A stretch of 64,000 nt of DNA from Elusimicrobiota bacterium (lineage in GTDB: Bacteria; Elusimicrobiota; Elusimicrobia; UBA1565; JACRDR01): assembly GCA_041694815.1 (NCBI GenBank), contig JBGFSC010000026.1:27762-91761 (forward strand), in the 5' to 3' direction. A model generated the notes under the pieces. That model saw only the letters and a list, made by a program, of their open reading frames with translations. It was not told the DNA's origin and ran no database searches. Shown piece by piece: positions 20,480-29,930 of the stretch. Made by a program: the position numbers and the translations under genes. Every line of letters begins with the position of its first letter. Position 1 is the stretch's first letter.

Positions 20480-21096
20480 TATGGTTTTTCAAAAAACCAA
20501 TACGTTATATCGTCCCAACCGGTTTTTCGCGCCAGAAAGCCTTTTTTACGTAATTTGAGCTCGGGAAAGAATTGGCGATATAGCGCTCCAAAATCGCGCT
20601 TAAACAACGCGCCATCTTGTCCTCGGTAGGGTACCGCCGTGGGCTGAGACGCGTAATATTCGCCGCACAGGATATAGCGATTGGAACAACGGTATATCTC
20701 GGACATGACTACAGGGAGGGATTCTGCGGGTAGATGGATGAGAACGCCCATCGTAAAGACCAAATCGAAATGGCGGTCCCGAAAAGGCAGCTGACGAGCA
20801 GGGGAATAAAGCGCATTTATCCTCGGAAATTGCCGATGGAGCTTCTCGATAGCTCCTCGATTGATATCGACGCCGAAGGTCGATTCTGGGGGGATGAATT
20901 CGGCGATCCAGCGCAGGTTGCCTCCGACATTGCAGCCGACCTCAAGGCAGTTGCGTAGCTCAACTCGTTGCAAGAGGCTTTTCCAGAAAGGGCGTCTGTT
21001 GGAATAGGCATCGCTGTTGCGGCTTGTATAGGCATCGCCAAAGTTTCCGGTCCAAAGCCGCTCGAGCCGTTTTGTTTCAGAAAGCGTTCTTGCCAT
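20479..21096 (-). CDS. Pseudaminic-acid-biosynthesis-associated methyltransferase
   Basis: WTGNFGDAYTSRN, LEVGCNVGGNL, GVLIH, PYRG, LFKRDF. Confidence 0.85.
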   Translation of the reverse strand: MARTLSETKRLERLWTGNFGDAYTSRNSDAYSNRRPFWKSLLQRVELRNCLEVGCNVGGNLRWIAEFIPPESTFGVDINRGAIEKLHRQFPRINALYSPARQLPFRDRHFDLVFTMGVLIHLPAESLPVVMSEIYRCSNRYILCGEYYASQPTAVPYRGQDGALFKRDFGALYRQFFPELKLRKKGFLARKTGWDDITYWFFEKP

Positions 21097-21098
21097 GA

Positions 21099-21854
21099 TT
21101 ATATCCTTACCGGGAAGTTTTGGCCGCGCAGGTATTGTTTCGCCTCGAGCGGCGTCTGTTGCGTAAAATGGAATATGCTCGCGGCGGCCACGGCCGAGGC
21201 GCCGCCCTCGCGGAGCGCCTGGGCCATGTGCTCATATCCGCCGGCTCCCCCGGACGCTATAACGGGTATCCCGACCGAGTTCGAGACGGCGCGCAACAGG
21301 CCTATATCGTATCCCGTCATGGTCCCATCGCGATCGATCGATGTCAGCAGTATCTCACCGACGCCGGCCTCCTCTAAATCACGCGCCATATCGACGACGT
21401 TATGCCCTGTCGCTTTCGTCCCGGAATGCGTCCAAACCTCCCATCCGTCTGCCGTTGCTTTGGCGTCCAAGGACGCCACGATGCACTGGGATCCGAACCG
21501 GTTTGCCATTTCCCGAATAAGAGCTGTATTTTCCACCGCCGCCGTGTTTAACGCGACCTTGTCAGCGCCCACGGCCAAGAGGCGGCAGACATCATCAACG
21601 GAACGGATGCCGCCCCCTACGGTCAGAGGCATGAAGCACTCGTCGGCGAAGTCGTCGACGAGCTCGAAATCGGGCCTGCGGCCCTCTAGGGTCGCCATGA
21701 TATCGAGGAAAACCAACTCGTCTACTTGGCGAAGGTTGTAGACCTTTATGGCCTGCATGAGGGCTCCGACGCGCCTGGTGTTATCGAATTGCCTGCCTTT
21801 TACCAGGCCGGTTTCTTTATAAAGAAGAGTGGGCATGACGCGTATCTTCAGCAC
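21099..21854 (-). CDS. HisF-like cyclase subunit of glycosyl-amidation system
   Basis: VDELVFLDI, PLTVGGGI, TSIDRDGT, IASGGAG; adjacent to amidotransferase. Confidence 0.88.
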   Translation of the reverse strand: MLKIRVMPTLLYKETGLVKGRQFDNTRRVGALMQAIKVYNLRQVDELVFLDIMATLEGRRPDFELVDDFADECFMPLTVGGGIRSVDDVCRLLAVGADKVALNTAAVENTALIREMANRFGSQCIVASLDAKATADGWEVWTHSGTKATGHNVVDMARDLEEAGVGEILLTSIDRDGTMTGYDIGLLRAVSNSVGIPVIASGGAGGYEHMAQALREGGASAVAAASIFHFTQQTPLEAKQYLRGQNFPVRI

Positions 21855-21859
21855 GGGGA

Positions 21860-22477
21860 TTAAAGAGTAAGGAAATTCCTGAGCACCGAGAAGCCGGCCC
21901 GTTGGCTCTTCTCAGGATGAAACTGCACGCCGAAGATGTTGTCGCGAGCGACCGCAGACACGAACTCCCCGCAGTAAGGGGTCCGCGCCGCGATGGCCGC
22001 CGGTTCCTTGCAGTCGAAATGAAAACTGTGGGTAAAATAGAAATCGGTGCCCGACGGAATTCCGCGGCCAAGCAGGGCGCCGGGCTTAAACACAACATCA
22101 TTCCAACCCACGTGCGGGATCCTTTCGGTCGGCGATACAGGCACTAACCTCTGGGTAGTTCCAGGGAGCCAATTGAGTCCTCGCGCCCCTCCTCCTTCGG
22201 CTCCGGCCGCGGCGATCAATTGCATGCCGAGGCAGATGCCGAGAAAGGGGACCTTCTTTTCAAGCACCCGCTCGCTCAGGGCTTCCCGTAGGCCGCGTTC
22301 CTGCAGGCGACGAACGCCTTCCGTGAAAGATCCTATGCCCGGTAGGATGATTGCAGCCGCGTCCTTAAGGTCCCGTCCATCCGATACGACGAATGGACGG
22401 GCGCCGCACTCCTCGAGTGCGCGCCGCACCGAATCGACATTGCTGACGCCGTAATCAACGATGGCAACGCGCGTCAC
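21860..22477 (-). CDS. HisH-like glutamine amidotransferase subunit
   Basis: LGICLGMQ, PHVGWN, QFHPEKS. Confidence 0.9.
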   Translation of the reverse strand: MTRVAIVDYGVSNVDSVRRALEECGARPFVVSDGRDLKDAAAIILPGIGSFTEGVRRLQERGLREALSERVLEKKVPFLGICLGMQLIAAAGAEGGGARGLNWLPGTTQRLVPVSPTERIPHVGWNDVVFKPGALLGRGIPSGTDFYFTHSFHFDCKEPAAIAARTPYCGEFVSAVARDNIFGVQFHPEKSQRAGFSVLRNFLTL

Positions 22478-23658
22478 GGAGAGCCTACGGGCGTTTTTTC
22501 GATAACGGACACGTTGTCGTAATTGATCTTGGTGAGATTGCCTTCCCTATCCTTCACCAAATTTCCACGGCTGTCGCGAAGAAATAGCTTTTTGTTGGTG
22601 AATCGATCGCAGATGCTCGAAAATTCCGCGATGTCCATGTTCAGGTCGCGTAGGATCTCCTCTAAAGGGCAGTCGAGATAGGTCCACGGGAATTTGCCGT
22701 CGAGTTTTTGCACCAGTTTAATGGCATCTGAGCGAGAAAGGCGGCCCCGCCGGACATGGAGTGAAGCGATGTCCGACGCGCGACCGAAGCCAAACTTCAG
22801 AAACTTGAAATAGTCGTGAATCCCCGTCTGATGATTGTCGAGATTTTCATAATTAACCAGCGAGCCTTCGACGGTATGAGGCAGCGTCTCGAAGCCATGT
22901 GCCTGAGCGATCAATGCGTTCTGGTATCCGTCCCAAGGAAGGTAGTAGCCCAAGAACAGGCCCGTCACGCCAACGCGGCGCAGCTCCTCGTCTGAGGGAT
23001 AGCTGTACTGAATCAGGTGCTTCTGCTCAATCCCTTCCTGCCCAATGAGATCGGTGACACGCAGGCCTAAGAGGCCGCCGAATTCTTCAAGCCATCGTCG
23101 CGTCAAGACGTTATTTTCGGATGCTGAAGCGGGCCCGCCATATTCGTCCTGGGAATTTTCGCCCCATACGAGGAGGGATACCCCGGCCTGAACCGCGACC
23201 CGAACCGGAATGGTAAAAATGGTCACATGTTCAGGCCATGAAATATCTCCTATCTGGGAAAGGGCAAGCCGGTTGATGCGGCGACGCATGACCGGATTAA
23301 CGGAAATTTCGAGGTAATCTACTCCGAGTCGTTTGATGTTTTCGATGTTCCTTCGTCCGACAGCGGAAAGCTTGTCGGTGGTGGCGGTTACGCAAAGGGG
23401 ATTCATGCCCAGCTCGAGCATCCGGATGACCTGGTACGTGCTGTCCTTGCCGCCGCTGACCGGCACGATGCAATCGTAGTTCGACCCGTCCTTCGAACGA
23501 TAGCGCTCCAGCAGGGCCAGCAGCTCCTCGCGCCTCTTGTCCCAGTTTACAATCTTGCGCCTCTCGTAGTGTCTGCAGGCGGAGCAAACACCCTCCGCGT
23601 CCATGAATAGGTCCGGTTTCGTATCGGGAAGCACGCAGCGAGTGCAGTAGCGGATCAT
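22474..23658 (-). CDS. N-acetyl sugar amidotransferase (PseA/WbuX family)
   Basis: CTRC...CSAC, VSGGKDS PP-loop, GEN, KFGFGR. Confidence 0.9.
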   Translation of the reverse strand: MIRYCTRCVLPDTKPDLFMDAEGVCSACRHYERRKIVNWDKRREELLALLERYRSKDGSNYDCIVPVSGGKDSTYQVIRMLELGMNPLCVTATTDKLSAVGRRNIENIKRLGVDYLEISVNPVMRRRINRLALSQIGDISWPEHVTIFTIPVRVAVQAGVSLLVWGENSQDEYGGPASASENNVLTRRWLEEFGGLLGLRVTDLIGQEGIEQKHLIQYSYPSDEELRRVGVTGLFLGYYLPWDGYQNALIAQAHGFETLPHTVEGSLVNYENLDNHQTGIHDYFKFLKFGFGRASDIASLHVRRGRLSRSDAIKLVQKLDGKFPWTYLDCPLEEILRDLNMDIAEFSSICDRFTNKKLFLRDSRGNLVKDREGNLTKINYDNVSVIEKTPVGSP

Positions 23659-24725
23659 TGGAGCTCGCCGTTACCGTCGATCAGTTCCCACGAGAGGGGG
23701 GTGCCGGCAGCCACGGCGCACCGCGCCCTTTTCCCTAGCACTTGAGGGAGATTGCGCGGATGCAAGCCATGGGCCGGTCGAATGCAGCGGAGGTTTCTTT
23801 CGGTGAACCTCTCGCCAGGCTTGATATCCTCTGCCACGAAGAGCGAACGACGGAATATCCGGCACGGGATTTCGGCTTTGCTGGGCCCGTAACGGATCGA
23901 TCCGAGCGCGGCCTCGGCCGTACGGATCGCCGAGACCATTGCCTTGAACTCAGACGCCTCTAAAGAGAAGGCGCTGTCGGGGGTCTGCCGCGCCCGGGAG
24001 AGAGTTATATGTTTTTCTAGGATGGTCGCGCCAAGCGCCACCGCCGTAACCGGCACCACGGTATCCAAGGTGTGGTCCGAGAAGCCGATGGGAACCCCAA
24101 AAGTCCCTGCGAGATGAGGAATTGTCCGGAGGTTGGTTTGATCCGCCGGCGTCGGGTAGGCACTCGTGCATTTTAGCAGCGCGAGCTGTCGGCACCCCGC
24201 GCCTTGAAGAGTGGCGACGGCCTCCTCGATCTCGGCGAGTGTCGCCATGCCGGTGGAGATGATGACGGGCTTGCCGGTTTCCGCGACTCGGCGAAGCAGC
24301 GGCAAATCCACTAGTTCGAAAGAGGCTATTTTGTATGCCGGAACATCCAGTTGCTTAAGGAAATCTACGGCCGAGGCGTCGAAGGGGGTCGAAAAGAAGT
24401 CCAGGCTAAGTTCTCTGGCGCGACGCTGGAGAGGCGCGTGCCATTCCCATGGGGTCTGTGCTTTCTGATAAAGGTCATGTAACGTCGCCCCACCCCAAAT
24501 TGTGTCGCGGATCTGAAAGTATTTCCTATTCGAGGGAAGCGTCATCGTCTCGGGGGTATAGGTTTGGAGTTTGATCGCGTCTGCTCCAGCCGCCTTAGCC
24601 GCTTCGAGGATTTTTACGGCTTGATCATAATCGCCGCCGTGGTTGGCTGACATCTCGGCGATGATGTAGACCGGTCTTTGCGGGCCAATTTCACGGGCTC
24701 CGATATTGATGTGGGAAAAAGTCAC
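23655..24725 (-). CDS. pseI: Pseudaminic acid synthase (NeuB family)
   Basis: IAEMSANH, KLQTY, TPWEWH, KIASFE, SDHT, EKH, C-terminal SAF domain (RRSL..IRP..G). Confidence 0.9.
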   Translation of the reverse strand: MTFSHINIGAREIGPQRPVYIIAEMSANHGGDYDQAVKILEAAKAAGADAIKLQTYTPETMTLPSNRKYFQIRDTIWGGATLHDLYQKAQTPWEWHAPLQRRARELSLDFFSTPFDASAVDFLKQLDVPAYKIASFELVDLPLLRRVAETGKPVIISTGMATLAEIEEAVATLQGAGCRQLALLKCTSAYPTPADQTNLRTIPHLAGTFGVPIGFSDHTLDTVVPVTAVALGATILEKHITLSRARQTPDSAFSLEASEFKAMVSAIRTAEAALGSIRYGPSKAEIPCRIFRRSLFVAEDIKPGERFTERNLRCIRPAHGLHPRNLPQVLGKRARCAVAAGTPLSWELIDGNGELQ

Positions 24726-25750
24726 TGGGGCTCGAGCATTGCGAGGAATTGCTTTTTAGTAAGCCGTCGGCCGTTCGCGCTGGTGTATTGAAATCCGGGC
24801 GGAACTTTTTTTCCGTTCCATTTCGAGCCGTCCCACCATGGAAAGAGCGGCGTGATGACGAAGAAATCGCCGGCATCGAGGGTCTGCGCCGCCTCATGCT
24901 CCGTGACGAGGCATTCATGGATTTTTTCGCCGGGTCGAACTCCGACCACCTTGAGATTGCATTCGGGGGCGAGGGTCTTGGCCACATCGATCACCGACAG
25001 GCTGCCGACTTTAGGCACGAATATCTCACCACCATGCATGCAAGAGAGAGCGGTGAGCACAAGCTCGACCCCCATATCGAGGGTCAGCCAGAATCGAGTC
25101 ATCCGTTTATCGGTGACAGGGAGAACTCCATCCTTGCGTTTATCCAAGAAAAATGGGACCACGCTGCCGCGGCTGCCTATCACGTTCCCGTAGCGCACGA
25201 CGGCAAAGCGGGTCCCTTCCCCGCCGGAATATGAATTTCCTGCTACGAAAAGTTTTTCGAGACAGAGTTTTGTCGCGCCGTAAAGATTCACTGGGTTGGC
25301 AGCTTTGTCGGTCGACAAGGCCACGACTCTCTTTACTCCGCAGTCGATCGCGGCGTCGATTATGTTTTGGCCGCCAAGAATATTAGTCTGGACGGCTTCA
25401 AACGGATTATATTCCAAGGTGGGCACCTGCTTGAGGGCCGCGGCATGAACCACGAAATCTACTCCATGGAAGGCGCGTCTGAGGCGCTCGCGGTCGCGAA
25501 TATCACCGATGAAATATCGGATACGGGATTCCGGATCACTGAGAGCCTGATGCATATTAAATTGCTTTAATTCGTCCCGGCTGAATACAATAATCCGTTT
25601 CGCTCCAGTTTTTAGTAAACGTTTTATAAAACGTTGGCCAAAGGAGCCCGTGCCTCCCGTGACTAGAATGCTTTTCCCGGTTAAAAACGACGTTGTCGGG
25701 TTTCGAAAGGAGTTTGTTTTAGAGCTTGGTTGAGGCATGGATGTCGGCAC
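24722..25750 (-). CDS. pseB: UDP-GlcNAc 4,6-dehydratase (inverting)
   Basis: TGGTGSFG, SRDELKQ, HAAALKQVP, STDKA, YGATK, RYGNVIGSRGS, MTRF, RPGEK. Confidence 0.93.
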   Translation of the reverse strand: MPTSMPQPSSKTNSFRNPTTSFLTGKSILVTGGTGSFGQRFIKRLLKTGAKRIIVFSRDELKQFNMHQALSDPESRIRYFIGDIRDRERLRRAFHGVDFVVHAAALKQVPTLEYNPFEAVQTNILGGQNIIDAAIDCGVKRVVALSTDKAANPVNLYGATKLCLEKLFVAGNSYSGGEGTRFAVVRYGNVIGSRGSVVPFFLDKRKDGVLPVTDKRMTRFWLTLDMGVELVLTALSCMHGGEIFVPKVGSLSVIDVAKTLAPECNLKVVGVRPGEKIHECLVTEHEAAQTLDAGDFFVITPLFPWWDGSKWNGKKVPPGFQYTSANGRRLTKKQFLAMLEPQ

Positions 25751-25774
25751 GTAGTATTCTCCTCGTGGATACTG

Positions 25775-25820
25775 TGTTCAAATCCTGAACATTATACGGT
25801 TAAAACCATGTTTTCGTCAA
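25775..25820 (-). promoter_or_regulatory. sigma70-type promoter of pse block with operator copy 3 (TGTTCA-N5-TGAACA, 25775-25791)
   Basis: Minus strand TTGACG (25820-25815), 18 nt, TATAAT (25796-25791), palindrome directly downstream, then SD GAGGAG. Confidence 0.75.
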
Positions 25821-25833
25821 GGATTGCCGGGAT

Positions 25834-26766
25834 CTAAGGTAAGTGTCGGCGGACGAGGTAGAGGGGTCGCGCCTTGCTCTCCTCGTACATGCGGCCGATG
25901 TACTCGCCGATGACGCCGAGCAGGATCAGCTGGATGCTGTTCATGAACATGGTGAATAGTATCAGGGAGGCCCAGCCCTTGATCGTGGCGTGGCGGAAGA
26001 AATAGTTGTAGAGGATGAAGGCGGCGTAGGCGACGTTGACCGCGAGCACGAAAAGGCCGAGCCAGAGGGCCGCGCGCAGGGGCTTGACCGAAAACGATAG
26101 GATCCCGTCGACTCCCATGCGCAGCATCTTGCGCCAGGTGTACTTGGAGCCGCCGGCGGCGCGCCGGGGGGCCGAGAAGGGTACGGAGGCCTCGGGCATG
26201 CCGAGCCAGCCGATCATCCCGCGCAGGAAGCGGTTTCTCTCCTTCATCGACTTGAGGGCCTCGACCGCCTGCCGGTCCAGTAGTCGGAAATCGGCCGCGT
26301 TGGCGGCGATCGGCGTCGAGGAGAGTGCGTTGACGACGCGGTAGTACAGCGCGGAGCTCCATTTCTTGGGAAGCCCCACCCCTTCGGTGTCTTCCCGCAC
26401 GGCGTGCACGACCTTCGCCCCCGAGCGCCAATGCTCGAGCAGCCGGGGAATGAGCTCTGGCGGGTGCTGCAGGTCCGCGTCCATCGTGACCACCGCCTCG
26501 CCCGAGGCGAAGTCGAGGCCGGCCGACAAGGCCGTCTGATGCCCGAAATTGCGGGTCAAGAGCAGGGCCCGCACGGAGCCGTCCTTGCGGGAGAGCTCCT
26601 CGAGCAGCGCGGCCGTGCGGTCGACGGAGCCGTCGTCGACGTAGAGGATCTCGTAGCGGACGCCGAGCGGGCGCAGGACTCCCGAGAGCCTCGCATGGAA
26701 CTCGGGCAGCACCGGCTCCTCGTTGTAGACGGGGGCGACGACGGAAAGAAGGGGGGAGTCGGGCAC
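25834..26766 (-). CDS. GT2 bactoprenol glycosyltransferase (GtrB/YkcC-like)
   Basis: PVYNEE, VDDGS, RNFGHQ, DADLQHPP, DFRL, two C-terminal TMs, GEYIGR. Confidence 0.9.
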   Translation of the reverse strand: MPDSPLLSVVAPVYNEEPVLPEFHARLSGVLRPLGVRYEILYVDDGSVDRTAALLEELSRKDGSVRALLLTRNFGHQTALSAGLDFASGEAVVTMDADLQHPPELIPRLLEHWRSGAKVVHAVREDTEGVGLPKKWSSALYYRVVNALSSTPIAANAADFRLLDRQAVEALKSMKERNRFLRGMIGWLGMPEASVPFSAPRRAAGGSKYTWRKMLRMGVDGILSFSVKPLRAALWLGLFVLAVNVAYAAFILYNYFFRHATIKGWASLILFTMFMNSIQLILLGVIGEYIGRMYEESKARPLYLVRRHLP

Positions 26767-26794
26767 GGCGTTGGCATTATAGTATACTTTCGAT

Positions 26795-27226
26795 ATGACG
26801 ATAGCCGCGCTCAGCTGGGAGGAGATCCGCGTCGGTCAGAAGGCCGGCTTGAGCGTGCGCGTGACGCCCGAGCTCGTCGACTCCTTCGCGCGGCTGACCG
26901 GCGACGTCAACCCGCTGCACCTGTCGCCGGAGTTCGCCCGCAAAAAAGGCTTCCAAGACCGGCTCGCGCACGGCCTGCTCGTCTCCTCCTTCTTTTCGGC
27001 CATCGCCGGCACGATGCTTCCGGGCCGCGACTGCATCCTCCACTACGCCCGCTTCGACTACAAAAAGCCGGTGTTCGTCGGCTCCGAGCTGAAATTGGAG
27101 GCCGAGGTCGTCCAGAAGGTCGAGGCCTTCAAGGTGTTGATGCTGCAGATATCCGCTTTCGACGACAAGGGCGCGCTGGTCTTAGGCGGCCGCCTTCAGG
27201 CCGGACTGCTTGCCGATGCCGCCTGA
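26795..27226 (+). CDS. MaoC-family dehydratase
   Basis: FARLTGDVNPLH...AHG hydratase-2 motif, KPVFVG. Confidence 0.9.
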   Translation: MTIAALSWEEIRVGQKAGLSVRVTPELVDSFARLTGDVNPLHLSPEFARKKGFQDRLAHGLLVSSFFSAIAGTMLPGRDCILHYARFDYKKPVFVGSELKLEAEVVQKVEAFKVLMLQISAFDDKGALVLGGRLQAGLLADAA

Positions 27227-27932
27227 GGTCTTCTTGATCACGGGAGCGAGCCGCGGCATCGGCGCGGCGATCGCCCAAGAGCTGGCCGCGCCCGGCCGGA
27301 CAATGCTCGTCAATTACCGCCGCTCCGCGAAGGCGGCCGCCGCCGTCCGGCGCGCGGTGGAGCAGCGGGGCGCCGCCTGCCGGCTCGTGCGCGCCGATGT
27401 CAGCGAGGCTAAGGCGGTCGACGCCCTTTTCTCGGGCATCGCCCGCCGCGAGGGCCGCCTCGATGTCTTGGTCTCCAACGCCGGGATTCCTTTCCTTTAT
27501 AAGAGGGTGCATGAGATCGATCCTGCCGAGTTTAAGGCCCAATGGAGCGTGCAGGCCGAGGCGGCCTTCCTGTTGGCCCGGCGCGCCGCGCCGATGATGA
27601 TCCGCCAAAAAAGCGGTCGCATCGTGTTCGTGCTCTCGGGCGTCACCGTCGGGGCTACTCCCGCCTTCATGGCCGCCTACGTCAGCGCGAAATACGCCGC
27701 GCTGGGCCTGGCCAAGGCCTTGGCGGCAGAACTCGGACCCAAGGGCATCGGGGTCTTTTGCGTGTCTCCCGGGATGACCGAGACCGATTTCATCAAGGAT
27801 TTCCCGAGGCCGATCGTAGAGGCCGAGCGCGAGCAAGGCCTGCTCAAGCCCGCAGACGTCGCGGGGGCCGTGAGGGATCTCCTGGCGCTGGCTCCCTCGG
27901 CGAATCTGGAGAATCGGCTTGTCGCCGCTTAA
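27216..27932 (+). CDS. FabG-like SDR ketoreductase
   Basis: ITGASRGIG, SNAG, YVSAK, SPGMTET. Confidence 0.9.
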   Translation: MPPEVFLITGASRGIGAAIAQELAAPGRTMLVNYRRSAKAAAAVRRAVEQRGAACRLVRADVSEAKAVDALFSGIARREGRLDVLVSNAGIPFLYKRVHEIDPAEFKAQWSVQAEAAFLLARRAAPMMIRQKSGRIVFVLSGVTVGATPAFMAAYVSAKYAALGLAKALAAELGPKGIGVFCVSPGMTETDFIKDFPRPIVEAEREQGLLKPADVAGAVRDLLALAPSANLENRLVAA

Positions 27933-29690
27933 ATGAAGCGCTCCGCGGAAGAGATCAGAAAGGCCGCGGAAAGCGGCGATTACTTGACCCAGCTTTCGGC
28001 GCATAAATCCTTGCGCGAGCTTCTCAAGGAAGATTCGGCGGCCTCGGGGCTGCAGCCGCTGCGCCTGGCCGTCCTGGGCTCGAGCACCACGGCTCAGCTG
28101 ATCCCGTTGCTCGAGCTGCACTGTTTTAAGGAGGGACTGCTCGCCGAGATTTACGAGTCGCCCTTCGACCAGTACCAGCAGGAGATACTCGATCCCTCCT
28201 CGCGGCTCTACGCCTTCCGTCCCCAGGCGGCGCTTCTTTTCGTCAATTACCGCGACGTCCGACCCGGCCCGACCCAGGTCGAGGCCGAGCGCTGGGTATC
28301 GCTATGGAGGACGCTCTCCGAGAAGGGCCGATGTTTCGTGATCGCCAATAACTTCGACCTTCCCGTCGAGCGTCCGGCGGGAAGCCTCGAGGGCGGCCTT
28401 GATCAGGGCGTCGGCCGGCTGCGGCGCTTGAACGCGCTCCTGGCCGAGCGGACGGGCCAAGGAGTCGCGCTGCTCGACGCCGAGCATCTGTCGGCCATGC
28501 TGGGAAAGGAGCGTTGGCATGACCCGCGCTTCTGGCATCATTCGCGGCAGGCCGTCTCCTTCGAGGGCCTCACGCGCTACGCCGCCGAGGCTGCGGCGAT
28601 GCTGCGCGCGGCGCTGGGGCGCTCCCGCAAATGCCTCGTCGTGGACCTAGACAACGTGCTCTGGGGCGGGATCGTCGGCGAGGACGGCGTCGCGGCCCTG
28701 GAGCTGGGGGACACGCCCCGCGGCGATGCCTTCCTTGAGTTCCAGCGTTACCTTAAGGCCCTCAAGCAGCGCGGGGTGCTTCTGGCCGCCTGCTCGAAGA
28801 ACGACGAGGCCAACGCGAAGGAGCCCTTCGCGAAACGGCCCGAGATGCCGCTGCGCCTCGACGATTTCTCCGCCTTCGTGGCCAACTGGGAGGATAAGGC
28901 GACGAATCTGCGCTCCATCGCCTCCTCCTTGAATATCGGGCTCGACGCCTTGGTGTTCGTCGACGACAGCGCCGCGGAGTGCGAGATCGTGCGGCGCTTC
29001 TGCCCCGAGGTGGCCGTCTTGCAGATGCCCGAGGACCCCGCCGAGTACTGCCGGCTCCTCGATTCGCGGCGCTTCTTCGAGACGGTGTCGATCTCCGGCG
29101 AGGACGCTTCCCGAGCCGCGCATTTCGAGGCCGAGAAGAGCCGGCGGGCCCTGGAATCGGCGGCGCCGGACCTGAAATCCTTTTTGCGCGATCTGCGGAT
29201 GCGCGCGACGGCGGAGCCCTTCAAGGAGGAGGACCTGGGCCGCATCGCGCAGTTGATCAACAAGACGAACCAGTTCAACCTCACCGCCCGAAGGCGCAAC
29301 GAGGCGGAGCTGCGGGCCTTGATCAAGGACCCCTCGGCTCTGACCCTCTCGGTCCGGCTTCAGGACCGGCTGGGCGATTACGGGCTCATCGCCGTCTGCA
29401 TCGGGCTTAAGCGCGGCGAAGAGGTCGAGATCGACTCTTGGCTCATGAGCTGCCGGGCCCTGGGCCGGGGTGTGGAGCAGTTCACCTTCACCCGGCTCGC
29501 GCAGGCGGCCTGGGAGGCGGGGGCCAAGTCCCTCCTCGGCCGCTACCTGCCGACGCCCAAGAACGGGATGGTCCGGGACCTCTATCCAAGCCTGGGATTT
29601 AAGCGCGAGGGAGAGCGCTGGAGGCTCGAGCTGCCGGCGCCGCCGGCGGAGGCATTCATCAGCGATGGATCCGCGATCGCTGCATCATAG
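27933..29690 (+). CDS. FkbH-like HAD-IIIC glyceryl-ACP loading enzyme
   Basis: KCLVVDLDNVLWGG, CSKN, NWEDK, FVDD, KTNQFNLT, DRLGDYG, LMSCR. Confidence 0.92.
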   Translation: MKRSAEEIRKAAESGDYLTQLSAHKSLRELLKEDSAASGLQPLRLAVLGSSTTAQLIPLLELHCFKEGLLAEIYESPFDQYQQEILDPSSRLYAFRPQAALLFVNYRDVRPGPTQVEAERWVSLWRTLSEKGRCFVIANNFDLPVERPAGSLEGGLDQGVGRLRRLNALLAERTGQGVALLDAEHLSAMLGKERWHDPRFWHHSRQAVSFEGLTRYAAEAAAMLRAALGRSRKCLVVDLDNVLWGGIVGEDGVAALELGDTPRGDAFLEFQRYLKALKQRGVLLAACSKNDEANAKEPFAKRPEMPLRLDDFSAFVANWEDKATNLRSIASSLNIGLDALVFVDDSAAECEIVRRFCPEVAVLQMPEDPAEYCRLLDSRRFFETVSISGEDASRAAHFEAEKSRRALESAAPDLKSFLRDLRMRATAEPFKEEDLGRIAQLINKTNQFNLTARRRNEAELRALIKDPSALTLSVRLQDRLGDYGLIAVCIGLKRGEEVEIDSWLMSCRALGRGVEQFTFTRLAQAAWEAGAKSLLGRYLPTPKNGMVRDLYPSLGFKREGERWRLELPAPPAEAFISDGSAIAAS

Positions 29691-29916
29691 GCTGGAAAGG
29701 ATATTCAGGACGGTGTTCGACCGGGAGGAGCTTCTTCTCTCCGACTCCATGGCGGCCAAGGACATCGAGGGCTGGGATTCGCTGGCCCAGATCAACCTCG
29801 TCGTAGGCGCCGAGGCCGAGTTCGGGGTGCGCTTTCAGACGGCCGAGATTCGGGCGCTTAGGAATGTGGGGGAGTTTAAGGCGTTGATTGCGAAGAAGCT
29901 AGGAAGTTCAGCGTAA
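29665..29916 (+). CDS. Acyl carrier protein
   Basis: ATG 29665; 83 aa; DIEGWDSL phosphopantetheine site, EAEFGVRF. Confidence 0.9.
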   Translation: MDPRSLHHRLERIFRTVFDREELLLSDSMAAKDIEGWDSLAQINLVVGAEAEFGVRFQTAEIRALRNVGEFKALIAKKLGSSA

Positions 29917-29930
29917 TTCCCGCTCCCAAG

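Noticed and set aside
21099..22477. hisF/hisH as histidine biosynthesis genes
   Set aside because: Adjacent to an N-acetyl sugar amidotransferase in a glycan locus; these are the amidation paralogs.
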